Below are positions 36,348 through 46,735 of a DNA stretch of 64,000 bases, in pieces. Within the stretch, counting starts at the first letter, position 1, and every line of letters starts with the position of its first letter. Origin of the DNA: Candidatus Berkelbacteria bacterium (GTDB lineage Bacteria > Patescibacteriota > UBA1384 > JACPKC01); contig JACPKC010000010.1 in NCBI GenBank assembly GCA_016187225.1, forward strand, positions 156,590 to 220,589, written 5' to 3'. Below the pieces are notes generated by a model. The model made no database searches. It was not told where the DNA came from and saw only the letters and a list, made by a program, of their open reading frames with translations. A program made the position numbers and the translations under genes.

Positions 36348-37078
36348 TTCATACTCCGTGTTAAATTCAGATAGATGTCTTCAAGGCGTTGACTGCCTTT
36401 AGTGAGCTTCTCTAGAGTATCATTGGCGACCAATTGTCCTTGGGAAATTATAGCGACTCGGTAACATAATTTTTCGATCTCTTCTAGATAATGTGAAGTT
36501 AAAATAATCGTTTTCCCTTCACGATTCAATTCTTTTAAGTAACGCCAGAGTTCTAATCTCAACTCAACATCGACACCCGCTGTGGGTTCGTCGAGAATCA
36601 AGAGTTTTGGATCATGAATCAAGGCCCGAGCTAGTATGACACGCCGTTTCAATCCACCCGAAAGTGTCTGAAATTTTTTGTCCGCATGTTGCGAAAGATT
36701 GAAACGTTCTAAAAGTTCATCGATGCGCTGTCTGCGTTTTGAGCTTGGCATACCATAGTATCCCCCCATATAGTCGAGAATTTTTCGAGTAGAAAGAAAA
36801 ATATCAACATTAAATTCTTGTGGCGAGAGACCAATTTGTTGCCGTGCCTGGCGATAATCGACAACGGCGTCATAACCAAAAATACTGATTTTTCCGCTTG
36901 TAATGGTTGCGATGCCGGTGACGCAGTGGATTGTGGATGATTTTCCAGCTCCGTTTGGACCAAGGAAACCAAAAAATTCTCCCGCCTGAACTGTCAACGT
37001 AAGATCGTGCACCGCAGTTACGGCGCTATATCGTTTAGTAAGCGATTTAATCTCAAGCGCAGGTTCTTTTTGACTCAT
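36344..37078 (-). CDS. ABC transporter ATP-binding protein
   Basis: Walker A GPNGAGKSS, signature LSGGLKRR, and Walker B LILDEPT. Confidence 0.85.
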   Translation of the reverse strand: MSQKEPALEIKSLTKRYSAVTAVHDLTLTVQAGEFFGFLGPNGAGKSSTIHCVTGIATITSGKISIFGYDAVVDYRQARQQIGLSPQEFNVDIFLSTRKILDYMGGYYGMPSSKRRQRIDELLERFNLSQHADKKFQTLSGGLKRRVILARALIHDPKLLILDEPTAGVDVELRLELWRYLKELNREGKTIILTSHYLEEIEKLCYRVAIISQGQLVANDTLEKLTKGSQRLEDIYLNLTRSMK

Positions 37079-37150
37079 GATTTATCTTTCGCTAGCCTTT
37101 TTGTAGAAGTTATTGTAGAGTTCCTGCGTATAAGATTGCTGTAAGGAAGA

Positions 37151-37762
37151 ATGAATACTGTTCAAAAAATTCATCCATTAATGTTTACTGGTGGTTTTGC
37201 ACTGGCATTGATTACACTTGGCGTGCCGGTTCTTTCGATTTGGTTTAGTTTTTTTGTCTTAGGCAAGATTAGCTTCTTTGCGAGAATTCTCCAAATCAAT
37301 AGCTATCCCCTTTTTTCACTCGCCCCCGGATTCATACTTGGTGTTTTTATTATTTTGATTGGGCTAGTGCTTGCTCGCAAGCAGAATGAATTAGCTTTAC
37401 GGTGGGTGACAGCGCTTGTAGGGGGAACGATTATTACCTCAACGATTGTCGCGTTTTGGGTAATGCTTTTAATCCAAATGCCCCGTTTTCAAATTTATCA
37501 GATCGCCTTTGAACAAACACGCTGGAATCAAAGTTCATGCAATTATAGTCGTGTTCGTCAGCAGATGTTAAGCGATTTGCGCACACGTGCTCAAGGTAAA
37601 ACCAAGGCAGAACTCGAAGCGATGATTGGTCGTCCAACTGATGGTCAAAATTCATACTGTCTCGGCCCAGAAGCACACGTCATTCCGATAGATCGAGTTT
37701 TTATGCAACCTATTTATAGTCGAGATAGCCGTGTCACTGATTTGAGAATCACGGCGAGCTAG
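37151..37762 (+). CDS. Hypothetical integral membrane protein
   Basis: Four predicted TM helices; no domain recognised. Confidence 0.5.
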   Translation: MNTVQKIHPLMFTGGFALALITLGVPVLSIWFSFFVLGKISFFARILQINSYPLFSLAPGFILGVFIILIGLVLARKQNELALRWVTALVGGTIITSTIVAFWVMLLIQMPRFQIYQIAFEQTRWNQSSCNYSRVRQQMLSDLRTRAQGKTKAELEAMIGRPTDGQNSYCLGPEAHVIPIDRVFMQPIYSRDSRVTDLRITAS

Positions 37763-37772
37763 TTTATACATT

Positions 37773-38021
37773 TTACGGACGTTGATTATTTGCCGATAAT
37801 TTATCGTTGTCATTGAGTTCTCCCCTATTCTGAAATTTTTCCTGGATAATCATAAACTCGTGTTCAATCGTTGCAAGTTTTTTTTGAGCACATTGCAAGA
37901 GACGATTCCCTTGTTCATATAACTTCAGACCCTCTTCGAGCGGTGTCTTTTCACTCTCAAGTCGAGTGGTAATTTCTTCAATCGCATTCAATAGATCTTC
38001 AAATGATTGTTGTTTTTTCAT
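37773..38021 (-). CDS. xseB: Exodeoxyribonuclease VII small subunit
   Basis: SFEDLLNAIEEITTRLES...LEEGLKLYEQGNRLLQ. Confidence 0.8.
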   Translation of the reverse strand: MKKQQSFEDLLNAIEEITTRLESEKTPLEEGLKLYEQGNRLLQCAQKKLATIEHEFMIIQEKFQNRGELNDNDKLSANNQRP

Positions 38022-39130
38022 ATTTGAACCTTAGATACAAAAGACCCATCGGCAACTCGGGTCCGTATTACACTTCCTGCCAGGGCTAGAGTGGCGCTTC
38101 GAATTACTCTGCCTGATGTCTCATTGGTAGTCACCGAATAACCACGTTTCAAAACGCTTTGAGGGTTAACAGCTATTAAAATTCTCTCATACCCTTCAAG
38201 CACCACGCGAGCAGTTTGGATAGGCCTTCTTAGAATGGCAAAAGTTGAACGCAAAAATATTTGTTTTGATTCAAGTTTTTGTTGGAACAATTGTTTGATT
38301 CGTATACCAGAATGGCTGATTTCGGCTTGGAGTGTCATTCGATCCGGCACAGCTAATTGAGCGGTGTTGCTTGGCGTCGCGGCCCGGGCATCAGCCACTA
38401 ATTCGGCGATTGTGACATCTCGCTCGTGCCCAATTGCGGCGATGATTGGAATTCGGCTGGAAAAGATTACCCGCGCCAAGCGTTCATCGTTGAATGCTTG
38501 TAAATCCTCAAGAGATCCTCCGCCTCGGGTTAAGATAAGCGTATCGACCGGATGGTGGGTATTGAAATAATTAATTGCATTCAAGATTTCGTCTACAGTC
38601 GTAGTGCCTTGCACTTTTACCGGAAATAAATAAAGCCGAAAGCCTCCCCAACGTTCGCGCAAAATTCGTCGCACGTCGCCGAGCGCCGCTCCTTGACTTG
38701 AGGTAATGAGACCGATTGAGTCGGGAAAGCGCGGTATGATCTGTTTATGTTTTTGCGCAAACAAACCTTCTGCCTCAAGTTTTTTCATAAGTAGCAAATA
38801 AGCGCGATGCAAAGCGCCCGAACCAACAGGTTCGATCGCCAAGACATTAAAAGAATATTTACCGTAGGGGAGATAGATTCTGGGAATACCCAGAATTCGC
38901 ACTTCCATCCCATCTTCGATCACAGTGCCAATGCGAGTTCGATGAGCGAAGCAACTCAAAACACTAGTTCCGTCCTTGAGATCAAAACCCACCCAGGCGT
39001 TGGCTCGGAGCGTGTACCCGTTAACCTCGCCCCTTACTAAGGCTTCGCCGATTTGTTCCGTTAGCAGATTATTCACCAGTAAGTTAAATTCACTAACGGT
39101 GTAACACGGAATACTAATTTTCGAGCTCAC
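38018..39130 (-). CDS. xseA: Exodeoxyribonuclease VII large subunit
   Basis: N-terminal OB fold plus catalytic domain (ITSSQGAALGDV, LTRGGGS). Confidence 0.85.
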   Translation of the reverse strand: MSSKISIPCYTVSEFNLLVNNLLTEQIGEALVRGEVNGYTLRANAWVGFDLKDGTSVLSCFAHRTRIGTVIEDGMEVRILGIPRIYLPYGKYSFNVLAIEPVGSGALHRAYLLLMKKLEAEGLFAQKHKQIIPRFPDSIGLITSSQGAALGDVRRILRERWGGFRLYLFPVKVQGTTTVDEILNAINYFNTHHPVDTLILTRGGGSLEDLQAFNDERLARVIFSSRIPIIAAIGHERDVTIAELVADARAATPSNTAQLAVPDRMTLQAEISHSGIRIKQLFQQKLESKQIFLRSTFAILRRPIQTARVVLEGYERILIAVNPQSVLKRGYSVTTNETSGRVIRSATLALAGSVIRTRVADGSFVSKVQI

Positions 39131-39557
39131 GGCTTACCTCTCGGATGCGTTTTAAAATAGGCTTCAGAGTTTTATATGAAATTATTTGCTCAAGTTCAGT
39201 GGGAGTTGCCCATCTAAGATCTAAGATTCTCTCTTTGATTTGTGGTTTTGGCTCGGTTCCTATCAGTGTTTCAAAAAGAAAATGGTCGATGAATTTATGC
39301 ACATTTTCTCCGGGCTGTTCAAAGCGATCGTGGAACCAAAATTCGCTTGTTCCTAGAGAACGAATCAGAATGAGATCATCTAAGCCAACTTCCTCACGAG
39401 TTTCGCGTCGTGCCGCTTGGATAGGTGTTTCGTTAGGTTCAATACGTCCTTTTGGGAATGCCCAACCTCCATGAGAATCCTGAATCACAAGAATTTCGAT
39501 GCCACGTTTAGGATTACGACGCACGACAATACCGCCGGCAGATCGTTCAATGCGCAT
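39114..39557 (-). CDS. NUDIX hydrolase
   Basis: Nudix box GGWAFPKGRIEPNETPIQAARRETREEVGL. Confidence 0.8.
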   Translation of the reverse strand: MRIERSAGGIVVRRNPKRGIEILVIQDSHGGWAFPKGRIEPNETPIQAARRETREEVGLDDLILIRSLGTSEFWFHDRFEQPGENVHKFIDHFLFETLIGTEPKPQIKERILDLRWATPTELEQIISYKTLKPILKRIREVSRELEN

Positions 39558-40686
39558 TGCGAACTTCTTGCACCGCCGATTCTAGCACTCCAACCGTTGT
39601 TAGGGCGGCACGTTCCCAACTGAATTGCTTTGCTCGTTCCAGACCTTTGGACTGTAATGATTTTTGTACATATTGACGTTTTAGAAGCGGGAGGATGCCC
39701 TCGGCGATTGCTTCAGCACGTGTATGATTGACGAGAATTCCAGCTGGCCCTACGATTTCAGGCATCGATGAGATGTTGCTCGCGACAACTGGTATACCCG
39801 AAGCCATGGCTTCGACAATCGGTAAACCGAAACCTTCGAAACCCGAAACAAAAACTAAACAACTGGCGAATCGAAGCCAAGTCGCGTGTGCCTGATCGCT
39901 TAAGTAGCCGAGGAGATGAATGTCGTCACGCGTATTTTGAGGTAGCTCTTTGAGAACTTGTTCAATTTCGGCATAACCATATTGACCAGGTGTGCCAGCG
40001 ATGACTAAATGATGTGGCATCTGGTATTTTTCTTTTAGAATCCGAAAAGCACGCAGGAGTTGGACTGTGTTTTTTTTGGCCTCAAGCCGGCCGATTGAAT
40101 ATAGATAAGGCATGTATTCATGGATGCGCAAAGAGGGCTTGCTGAGTGGATCGACTGGGTGGAAAATCTCGCGATCAACACCATGATGGATTACATGAAT
40201 TTTACTCGCTGGAAATTGAGTATAATGAAGAATATCGCGTTTAGTGGCGGCTGAAAAAGTTATAATCCTGGTCGAGGCGCGCAGAGCTTGAGTAAGACCA
40301 AACTCCTGGTAGACACGCTCGAGTCGACTGTAGTACTCGGGGAAGCGTTTAAATCCCAGGTCGTGAATTGTACTTACGGTTGGCGTTGGATGAATGAGTG
40401 GAACAGTGTGGGAGGGAATAAAAAGAACATCAGTGTGACAGTGCATTAGAAATTCCGCGCTTAATCGCACATGTGTCCACAATTTGGGGAATGGAATAAT
40501 GCGCCAGTCAACTTGCGCGTTGGCGGTTTTAAGCGGTTTCGTACTCAATGCCGGCGCGTAAATTGTATAACGGTGATGCGGCGCCACCCTAAACATTTGC
40601 TCGAAAATCTGGTGCGAGTAATGTTCCGTGCCAGTGTAGTGCGCTTTTGCAATTCGTGAGCCGTCGAGGCCGATATGTAGATTCAT
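39547..40686 (-). CDS. Glycosyltransferase family 4 (GT-B)
   Basis: EGFGLPIVEAMASGIPVVAS motif. Confidence 0.8.
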   Translation of the reverse strand: MNLHIGLDGSRIAKAHYTGTEHYSHQIFEQMFRVAPHHRYTIYAPALSTKPLKTANAQVDWRIIPFPKLWTHVRLSAEFLMHCHTDVLFIPSHTVPLIHPTPTVSTIHDLGFKRFPEYYSRLERVYQEFGLTQALRASTRIITFSAATKRDILHYTQFPASKIHVIHHGVDREIFHPVDPLSKPSLRIHEYMPYLYSIGRLEAKKNTVQLLRAFRILKEKYQMPHHLVIAGTPGQYGYAEIEQVLKELPQNTRDDIHLLGYLSDQAHATWLRFASCLVFVSGFEGFGLPIVEAMASGIPVVASNISSMPEIVGPAGILVNHTRAEAIAEGILPLLKRQYVQKSLQSKGLERAKQFSWERAALTTVGVLESAVQEVRNAH

Positions 40687-40698
40687 ACTTATCTTTCT

Positions 40699-41715
40699 CT
40701 AACTTTTTGCCCAGAGAACAGAGCGCTTGTATGCTTCCAGATGCTCAACAGCCATCCCTGCTCCTTTGACTACGCAAAGCATTGGCTCTTCAGCAAGTTG
40801 GCATGGCACGCCGGTGACTTTAGTAAACAAATCATCAATTTGAGTTAAAAGCGCTCCGCCACCGGTTAAGACGATCCCTTTATCCATCACATCCGAGGCA
40901 AGTTCGGGCGGTGTATGCTGGAGTACGTCCTTCACGGTTGCAATAATTTCGCTAATCGGTTCTTTAACTGCTAAAACTGTATCATTCGTCGTAACGATCA
41001 CACTTTCAGGTAAACCTGTAACGGCATTTGAGCCAGAGACCTCCATCGTTAATTCTTTTTTAGGCGTGATAGCCGCTCCAATCTGTATTTTGACTCCTTC
41101 AGCGGTTTGATCGCCGATGATTAAATTATATTTCTTACGAATATAGCCTGCAATTGCTTGATCGATCTTATTCCCGCCAACGCGTACTGAAGATGAGGCG
41201 ACAATATCGCCCAAAGAGATTACCGCTACTTCAGAGGTGCCACCACCAATATCTATCACCATGTGCCCGCTGGGTGATGCAATCGGAATGCCGGCGCCAA
41301 GCGCCGCGGCTACCGGAGATTTAATAATGTAAGCTGACTTGGCGCCGGAGGCAATGCAGGCATCGATTACAGCGCGGCGTTCGGTACTAGTCGCCCCAGC
41401 CGGCGCCGCGATCATAATTTCAGGGCGAAAAAAGCGTACACGTCCGCCCAGACGATTTACAAAGTAGCGTAACATCGCTTGAGTTACACGGTAATTTGCA
41501 ATCACACCATCTTTTAGTGGATGCACTGCGATAATACTTTCAGGGGTGCGGCCGAGCATTGCCCGTGCTTCTTGACCAATAGCCATGACCTGATTGGTTG
41601 CCGCATCAACGGCAACTACTGCAGGTTCATTGATAACAATGCCCTGACCCGGCACATGAACTAAAACATTTGTTGTTCCTAAATCAATTGCCAGACGGCG
41701 TAAAAAAAACGGCAT
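40699..41715 (-). CDS. mreB: Rod-shape-determining protein MreB
   Basis: LAIDLGTTNVLVHV phosphate-1 motif; start chosen at MPFFLRR (the ORF track extends to 41757). Confidence 0.9.
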   Translation of the reverse strand: MPFFLRRLAIDLGTTNVLVHVPGQGIVINEPAVVAVDAATNQVMAIGQEARAMLGRTPESIIAVHPLKDGVIANYRVTQAMLRYFVNRLGGRVRFFRPEIMIAAPAGATSTERRAVIDACIASGAKSAYIIKSPVAAALGAGIPIASPSGHMVIDIGGGTSEVAVISLGDIVASSSVRVGGNKIDQAIAGYIRKKYNLIIGDQTAEGVKIQIGAAITPKKELTMEVSGSNAVTGLPESVIVTTNDTVLAVKEPISEIIATVKDVLQHTPPELASDVMDKGIVLTGGGALLTQIDDLFTKVTGVPCQLAEEPMLCVVKGAGMAVEHLEAYKRSVLWAKS

Positions 41716-41719
41716 AGCA

Positions 41720-43015
41720 TTAACTTTTCTGTCGGCGGATATTTGCTCCAAGTGCAATTAATTTCCCTGACAGATTTTCGTAGCCGCGATCCAAGTGCTC
41801 CACCCCAGTTAGCCTTGACTTGCCGGACGCAATTAAAGCGGCGATCACGTGTGCCATTCCAGCTCGAATGTCAGGCATTATTACTTCAGCGCCGCGAAGT
41901 TGAATCGGTCCGTTCAGGTAAGCAACGTGAGGAAAATTTTTGTCTGCAAAACGGCATGACTGTTCGGGTGGACACTGAGTGTGAATTTCAACCTCAACGC
42001 CCATAGTCTTAAAACTGGCTAAATAGCCGAATCGGTTATCGTAGACCGTTTCATGAATTATTGATTTCCCCTTTGCGGTAAGTAAGATCATTGTTGAGGG
42101 TTGTTGCCAATCTGTCATAAAACCCGGATGGACATTGGTTGTAATATGAGTGGCTTTAAGTTCCCCATCGGCTTGGAAAAGGATTCCTTTAGCAGTCGTT
42201 TGGGACACACCGCCTATACATTTCACGAACGTTAGAAATTTGTCGAGTACAGCTAGGTGAGCATCTTCAATTAAAACACTGCCGCGAGTGGCGAGAGCGG
42301 CGGCGGCGTATGAGACGGCCTCAATTCGATCCGGCATCACTTTTTGCGCAGCGCCACTTAATTTGCTTTTGCCGAGGATTATCCAGGTCCGGTCATGACG
42401 TTCAATGCGTACCCCAAGACTTCGCAAGAACTTTGCAAGCTCTAAGAGTTCTGGTTCGGTCGCGCCATTTTGAATTCGAGTTTCCTCGGGAATGCGACTT
42501 GCAGTGAGTAGAATTGATTCTGTCGCACCCACACTCGGGTAAGGCAAAATAATTTTTGTGCCACGAAGAGTGTTTGCTTGAATGTCTACGTAGTCACTAA
42601 ACTGAAAAATTTGCGCGCCAAAGTTCTTAAGCGCTGAAAGATGGAAATTAATCGGTCGATTTCCAATGCGATCACCGCTAGGCAGGGGGACGAGCGCTCG
42701 ACCATCGCGATGCAAGAGCGGCCCGACTGCTAAAATTGGTAACCTGTTTGTGCCACTTTGCCGCAAATCGTAGTTATGATGAGATGCAGATGTAACTTCA
42801 ATGCTATCGACTCCGCGCCAATCAACTCTCTTCCCTGCTCGTTCGAGAATATTAGTCGCGATCAAGGTTTCACCATGTCGAGGCATGTTTTCCAAGAGGC
42901 ATGTTTCATCAGTCAGAAGAGTTGCTAAAAGCAACTTACTGGCAAGATTCTTGGCACCTGAAAGTTTAATCGTCCCCATAAGAGGTCGACCACCAATGAT
43001 TTCATAGCTTTCCAT
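41720..43015 (-). CDS. murA: UDP-N-acetylglucosamine 1-carboxyvinyltransferase
   Basis: IIGGRPLMGTIKLSGAKN N-terminus; EPT-fold repeats; 431 aa. Confidence 0.9.
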   Translation of the reverse strand: MESYEIIGGRPLMGTIKLSGAKNLASKLLLATLLTDETCLLENMPRHGETLIATNILERAGKRVDWRGVDSIEVTSASHHNYDLRQSGTNRLPILAVGPLLHRDGRALVPLPSGDRIGNRPINFHLSALKNFGAQIFQFSDYVDIQANTLRGTKIILPYPSVGATESILLTASRIPEETRIQNGATEPELLELAKFLRSLGVRIERHDRTWIILGKSKLSGAAQKVMPDRIEAVSYAAAALATRGSVLIEDAHLAVLDKFLTFVKCIGGVSQTTAKGILFQADGELKATHITTNVHPGFMTDWQQPSTMILLTAKGKSIIHETVYDNRFGYLASFKTMGVEVEIHTQCPPEQSCRFADKNFPHVAYLNGPIQLRGAEVIMPDIRAGMAHVIAALIASGKSRLTGVEHLDRGYENLSGKLIALGANIRRQKS

Positions 43016-43045
43016 TAGTGAGAGCCTATCAGTATACTGTCTTCT

Positions 43046-43750
43046 ATGCTACAACTGCGTGGTCAGACGGGGTGGGATGTAACCGCTTTCATTCTTCAGA
43101 CTGTCCTCACGTTATTGACTGGAGGCATCTTGGTCGCCCAAGCAAATGGCTATGACATTGATTTTCGAACCCTTGCCGTTGAGAAGACAGGGCTTTTAGT
43201 GTTAGATGTTCAGCCAGCTTCTGCTCAGGTTTTTGTGGATGAACAAGAGCTTTTTGAACGGAATGGCGAACGTGTTCGCCAGCTTCTGCCGGGTCCGGTT
43301 AGGATCCAGGTCACAAATGCAGACTACATATCCTGGAATCATTTCGCGGTTATTGATTCGGGGCTGACAAAAGTTTTTTCTAAGGTGAGACTTTTTTTTA
43401 AAGAACCGCTCATAATTAGAACACGCTCGGTGACGAAAAACGAATTTTTATCTCCATTCATTGATTCATCTCTGCGTCTTGATCAGGGAGAAATTTGGCG
43501 AATTCAAGGTGAGACAGCGCGCCTTATTACTCGCCTGTCCAGACCAATTTTAAGCGCGACGATGCTCGATGAGGGCCACGTTGTTTTTCAAATTGAGCGA
43601 GAAATCCACATTCTTGATCTTGATGGCAGTAATGACATCAATCTTTTAACACTTGAATCTGATCGTGCGATACAACTAATTAGTCTGTATGGTGGCAATG
43701 TATTGGGCGTGCTTTCGGAAGGCATTTTAACTGAATATCAAATCAGTTAA
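43046..43750 (+). CDS. Hypothetical membrane-anchored protein
   Basis: N-terminal TM helix followed by a beta-rich region; no confident domain. Confidence 0.45.
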   Translation: MLQLRGQTGWDVTAFILQTVLTLLTGGILVAQANGYDIDFRTLAVEKTGLLVLDVQPASAQVFVDEQELFERNGERVRQLLPGPVRIQVTNADYISWNHFAVIDSGLTKVFSKVRLFFKEPLIIRTRSVTKNEFLSPFIDSSLRLDQGEIWRIQGETARLITRLSRPILSATMLDEGHVVFQIEREIHILDLDGSNDINLLTLESDRAIQLISLYGGNVLGVLSEGILTEYQIS

Positions 43751-44510
43751 TCAGATATATATCTGTGAGACTTGCATAAACTATTAGACGGTTCAAAGTT
43801 GTACCGACTGGCGTACATGTCATCAGAGCGAGTTGGTTTTGTGTCAGAGTTTCGTCCCGCACAACTCGAACTTCCGTTGGCCTTACAACCTCGCTCCCAG
43901 TGACACGATAACGATAGATTTTCTCGTCTTTGCGCACAAAAACTTCGTCACTTGGAGCAAGACGGTCCAGTACGCTAAATACTTTTGTCCAAGGATTACG
44001 ATTCCACCAGTATCCTGAAGAATGGCCAATGATAAATGTTCGTCCAATCTCCCCCGGCAGGACTGATTCACTCGTCTGGACGACACCTTTTTGTAAGCCG
44101 TTTAGTGACTCGACAAGCGGTATTTGCCACTCAATCGGCGCCCTTACTTCGATTGTCGGAATGAGGAGGGTATTATCTTCTAATGTTGGGATGATGTGAT
44201 CGACCGAATAATTTAAGAATGACGATGGGCTTAACCATTCGCTCCCTTCACTGTTTGTAGCTTGAACTAAATCTTTTACAACAAAACGCAAGCGTTCCAA
44301 CTGCGCCGGGCCAGATAGAACCAGGAAGACTATACTCGCAATTCCGACCCCATAAAGAAGTTGTTTAAAGCCATGAAAAAACAGCCGCTTGCGCCGGCTA
44401 CATTCAAAATGCCTCTGAACGTTTAGAGCCTCATTGAAGGTGATAAAACTTTGCATTTTTTGACTCAAAAACACCACACTATACCTGATATAATCTTCCA
44501 TGTCAATCAA
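43743..44510 (-). CDS. Sortase-like transpeptidase 1 (type II membrane topology)
   Basis: N-terminal TM. Catalytic triad context: FIIGHSSGYW (His), ALMTCTP (the TLxTC Cys), NRLIVYA (Arg). Confidence 0.7.
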   Translation of the reverse strand: MIDMEDYIRYSVVFLSQKMQSFITFNEALNVQRHFECSRRKRLFFHGFKQLLYGVGIASIVFLVLSGPAQLERLRFVVKDLVQATNSEGSEWLSPSSFLNYSVDHIIPTLEDNTLLIPTIEVRAPIEWQIPLVESLNGLQKGVVQTSESVLPGEIGRTFIIGHSSGYWWNRNPWTKVFSVLDRLAPSDEVFVRKDEKIYRYRVTGSEVVRPTEVRVVRDETLTQNQLALMTCTPVGTTLNRLIVYASLTDIYLIN

Positions 44511-44708
44511 TAGGTATTATTCATTTTACACAGAGCACTTGACAGAGAGTGAGGATTTACGAGAAAAGAAAATATATCTAACTTGACAAGATCTACGGAC
44601 GTGCTAGTGTCAAACATACGAAGAAAACCGGCAAAAAAGTCTGAATTCTACTTACGAACGTTGAGAGATTAAAACAAATCAACAAATAAGCAAGTTTGGG
44701 AGGTAGGC

Positions 44709-45689
44709 ATGAGGCAAGACGCAACTAGAGCGATTGAACCGCACCAAGGTATCAGAGAACTCATGCGTGGTCTAGCTGTCACGTTTTACATTGCCTCATT
44801 AGTCTTATCACCGGTATCGGCCTTAGCGCTCGAAGGTGATCTGGCGAACACAGAAACTGGCTCCAACTCGACCAATGCAAATGACATTGATCAGGACACA
44901 ACGATTTCATTCAATATTCGCAATGAGGGCGATGCAGATACTGATTTGGATTTTAATTTTAATACTGGCGGCAATACAGTGGTTGATAATACGACCGTCG
45001 GCGATATAACTACCGGTGACATCGAAGTTGAGGCCGAAGTTGAAACGGAGATCAATACCCAGCAAGTCGATCTATCAGAATTAGTTGAGGAATTAAATCA
45101 CCTCGGTGAAGTGAATATCGCATCAACTAACGAACAAACCGGCGCCTCAAGTACCAATGTCAATACAACATCGACAACTAACACAGTCAGCGTAGCTGAA
45201 ACGAACACAGCCAATTCTACAACCAATGTGGTCCTAGCGCTTAACACTGGCGGCAATACAGTTAGTCATAATACGACCGTTGGAGATATAACTACCGGCA
45301 ATATTATTGCCTCTTTGACAGTTAGTAATCGTCTCAATGTTCCCAGTGAAGAACCATCCGTATCGTCAGCAACTCCCACTGGCGGTGGCATGATGCCGAC
45401 AACATCTCCTGCCTCTTCTTCTGCTCCTTCTCAAATCCAGCCAATAACCAGCTCAAACTTACCCGCGGCATTGCCTCAAATTGCTCAAGCCGCCCCAGTT
45501 TCATCTCAAAAGCAATTAGCCACCGAACGTCAAGAATTTTTTCCAGCAGGCGCAAGCGGATCATTGTTGACACTCTTGTTACTTGCGAGTTTTGCTTTAA
45601 TTTCTGTTTATGCGCCCGAACTCATTAACCTCATGGCGCGCCAGAAACATTTTTTGCATCGCTTAAGCGCTGTCTTGCCACTCCTCTAA
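44709..45689 (+). CDS. Secreted modular repeat protein 1 (two units of about 70 aa) with a C-terminal TM anchor
   Basis: RBS GGGAGG. The N-terminus after an N-region is a signal/anchor (FYIASLVLSPVSALA). Two units end in NTGGNTVxxNTTVGDITTGDI. The C-terminus has a hydrophobic helix and a basic tail. Confidence 0.7.
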   Translation: MRQDATRAIEPHQGIRELMRGLAVTFYIASLVLSPVSALALEGDLANTETGSNSTNANDIDQDTTISFNIRNEGDADTDLDFNFNTGGNTVVDNTTVGDITTGDIEVEAEVETEINTQQVDLSELVEELNHLGEVNIASTNEQTGASSTNVNTTSTTNTVSVAETNTANSTTNVVLALNTGGNTVSHNTTVGDITTGNIIASLTVSNRLNVPSEEPSVSSATPTGGGMMPTTSPASSSAPSQIQPITSSNLPAALPQIAQAAPVSSQKQLATERQEFFPAGASGSLLTLLLLASFALISVYAPELINLMARQKHFLHRLSAVLPLL

Positions 45690-45786
45690 TATCTTTGAGG
45701 TCGATACTTTTTCGCTCTCGTATGCGGCGCAAAAGTCATAAACAAGCATACTCCTACAAGTTAAAATATATGGGAAAGGAGTTTTT

Positions 45787-46656
45787 ATGAAACTCAATCT
45801 CATTTCCGCACGTAACCGCATGCGGGTAATGGCTGCAGTTGCGGCAGTTGCCCTCATGAGTGGTGCTGGTTCAGCCTGGGCAGACGTTGACCTAAGCGCT
45901 GGCAACGACATCACAGGACCAGATTCGGTTAATCGCAACGACTTCGACATCACTGACGATCTCGATTTAGATATCGACAATGATGCTGACGCTGACAACG
46001 ACATCGATCTCGATGCCGACAGTGGCGATAACACCATCGATAGCAACACCACGGTTGGTGATTTCGAGGGTGGCGATATTGAAGTTGAAGGCGAATTTGT
46101 GACCGAGCTCAACACGGGTGAAGTTATGCTTGGGGATATGGAACTCGGTGATGTTGATGCTGATTTCAGCAACGATACCACCGGTCCTAACTCCGACAAC
46201 CGCAATACACTCGATATCGATCGCACTGCTGATATTGATGTCGATAATGATGCCGACATCGACAACGACTTTGACGTTGATGTTGATACCGGTGGCAACG
46301 ACATTACTAACAACACAACGGTTGGTGATATCGAAACCGGTGACTTTGAGATGGAACTAACCGTCGAGAACACCGCGAATATGGGTGCGTCACAGGTGAC
46401 GTTGCCAAGTATGGGCGACCAGGATGTCGATGCTGATTTCAGCAACGATACCACCGGCCCTAACTCTGTTAATCGCAACACGCTCGATGTGGACAACACA
46501 TTGAATGTTGATGTCGATAACGATGCCGATGTTGACAATGACCTAGATGTTGATGTCGACAGCGGTGATAACACCGTTGATTCGAACACAACTGTTGGTG
46601 ATATTACAACCGGCGACGTGTCAATTAACTTCAGCTTCACCAATATTTTGAACTAA
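45787..46656 (+). CDS. Secreted modular repeat protein 2 (three D/N-rich units), no C-terminal anchor
   Basis: RBS GAAAGGAG. Signal peptide MKLNLISARNRMRVMAAVAAVALMSGAGSAWA. Three units of TGPNSxNRN...(D/T)(S/T)G(D/G)N(T/D)(I/V)xxNTTVGD(F/I)x(T/G)GD. Confidence 0.7.
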   Translation: MKLNLISARNRMRVMAAVAAVALMSGAGSAWADVDLSAGNDITGPDSVNRNDFDITDDLDLDIDNDADADNDIDLDADSGDNTIDSNTTVGDFEGGDIEVEGEFVTELNTGEVMLGDMELGDVDADFSNDTTGPNSDNRNTLDIDRTADIDVDNDADIDNDFDVDVDTGGNDITNNTTVGDIETGDFEMELTVENTANMGASQVTLPSMGDQDVDADFSNDTTGPNSVNRNTLDVDNTLNVDVDNDADVDNDLDVDVDSGDNTVDSNTTVGDITTGDVSINFSFTNILN

Positions 46657-46735
46657 AATAAAGGAAGTTCGAAGTTTGTGTAGGCTCGAGGAAGTTGCTT
46701 CCTCGGCCTCACAAATATCGAAGCGGGGAGAATAT

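Noticed and set aside
43046-43750. PEGA-domain call for the 234-aa membrane protein
   Set aside because: This rested on a vague beta-rich impression, with no signature motif to support it.
45663-46643. 326-codon minus-strand ORF, Ser/Thr-rich, low complexity
   Set aside because: It is antisense to the 45787..46656 repeat-protein gene, which has a signal peptide, an RBS and paralogs on the plus strand. The ORF is an artefact of the GAY/AAY-rich repeat DNA.
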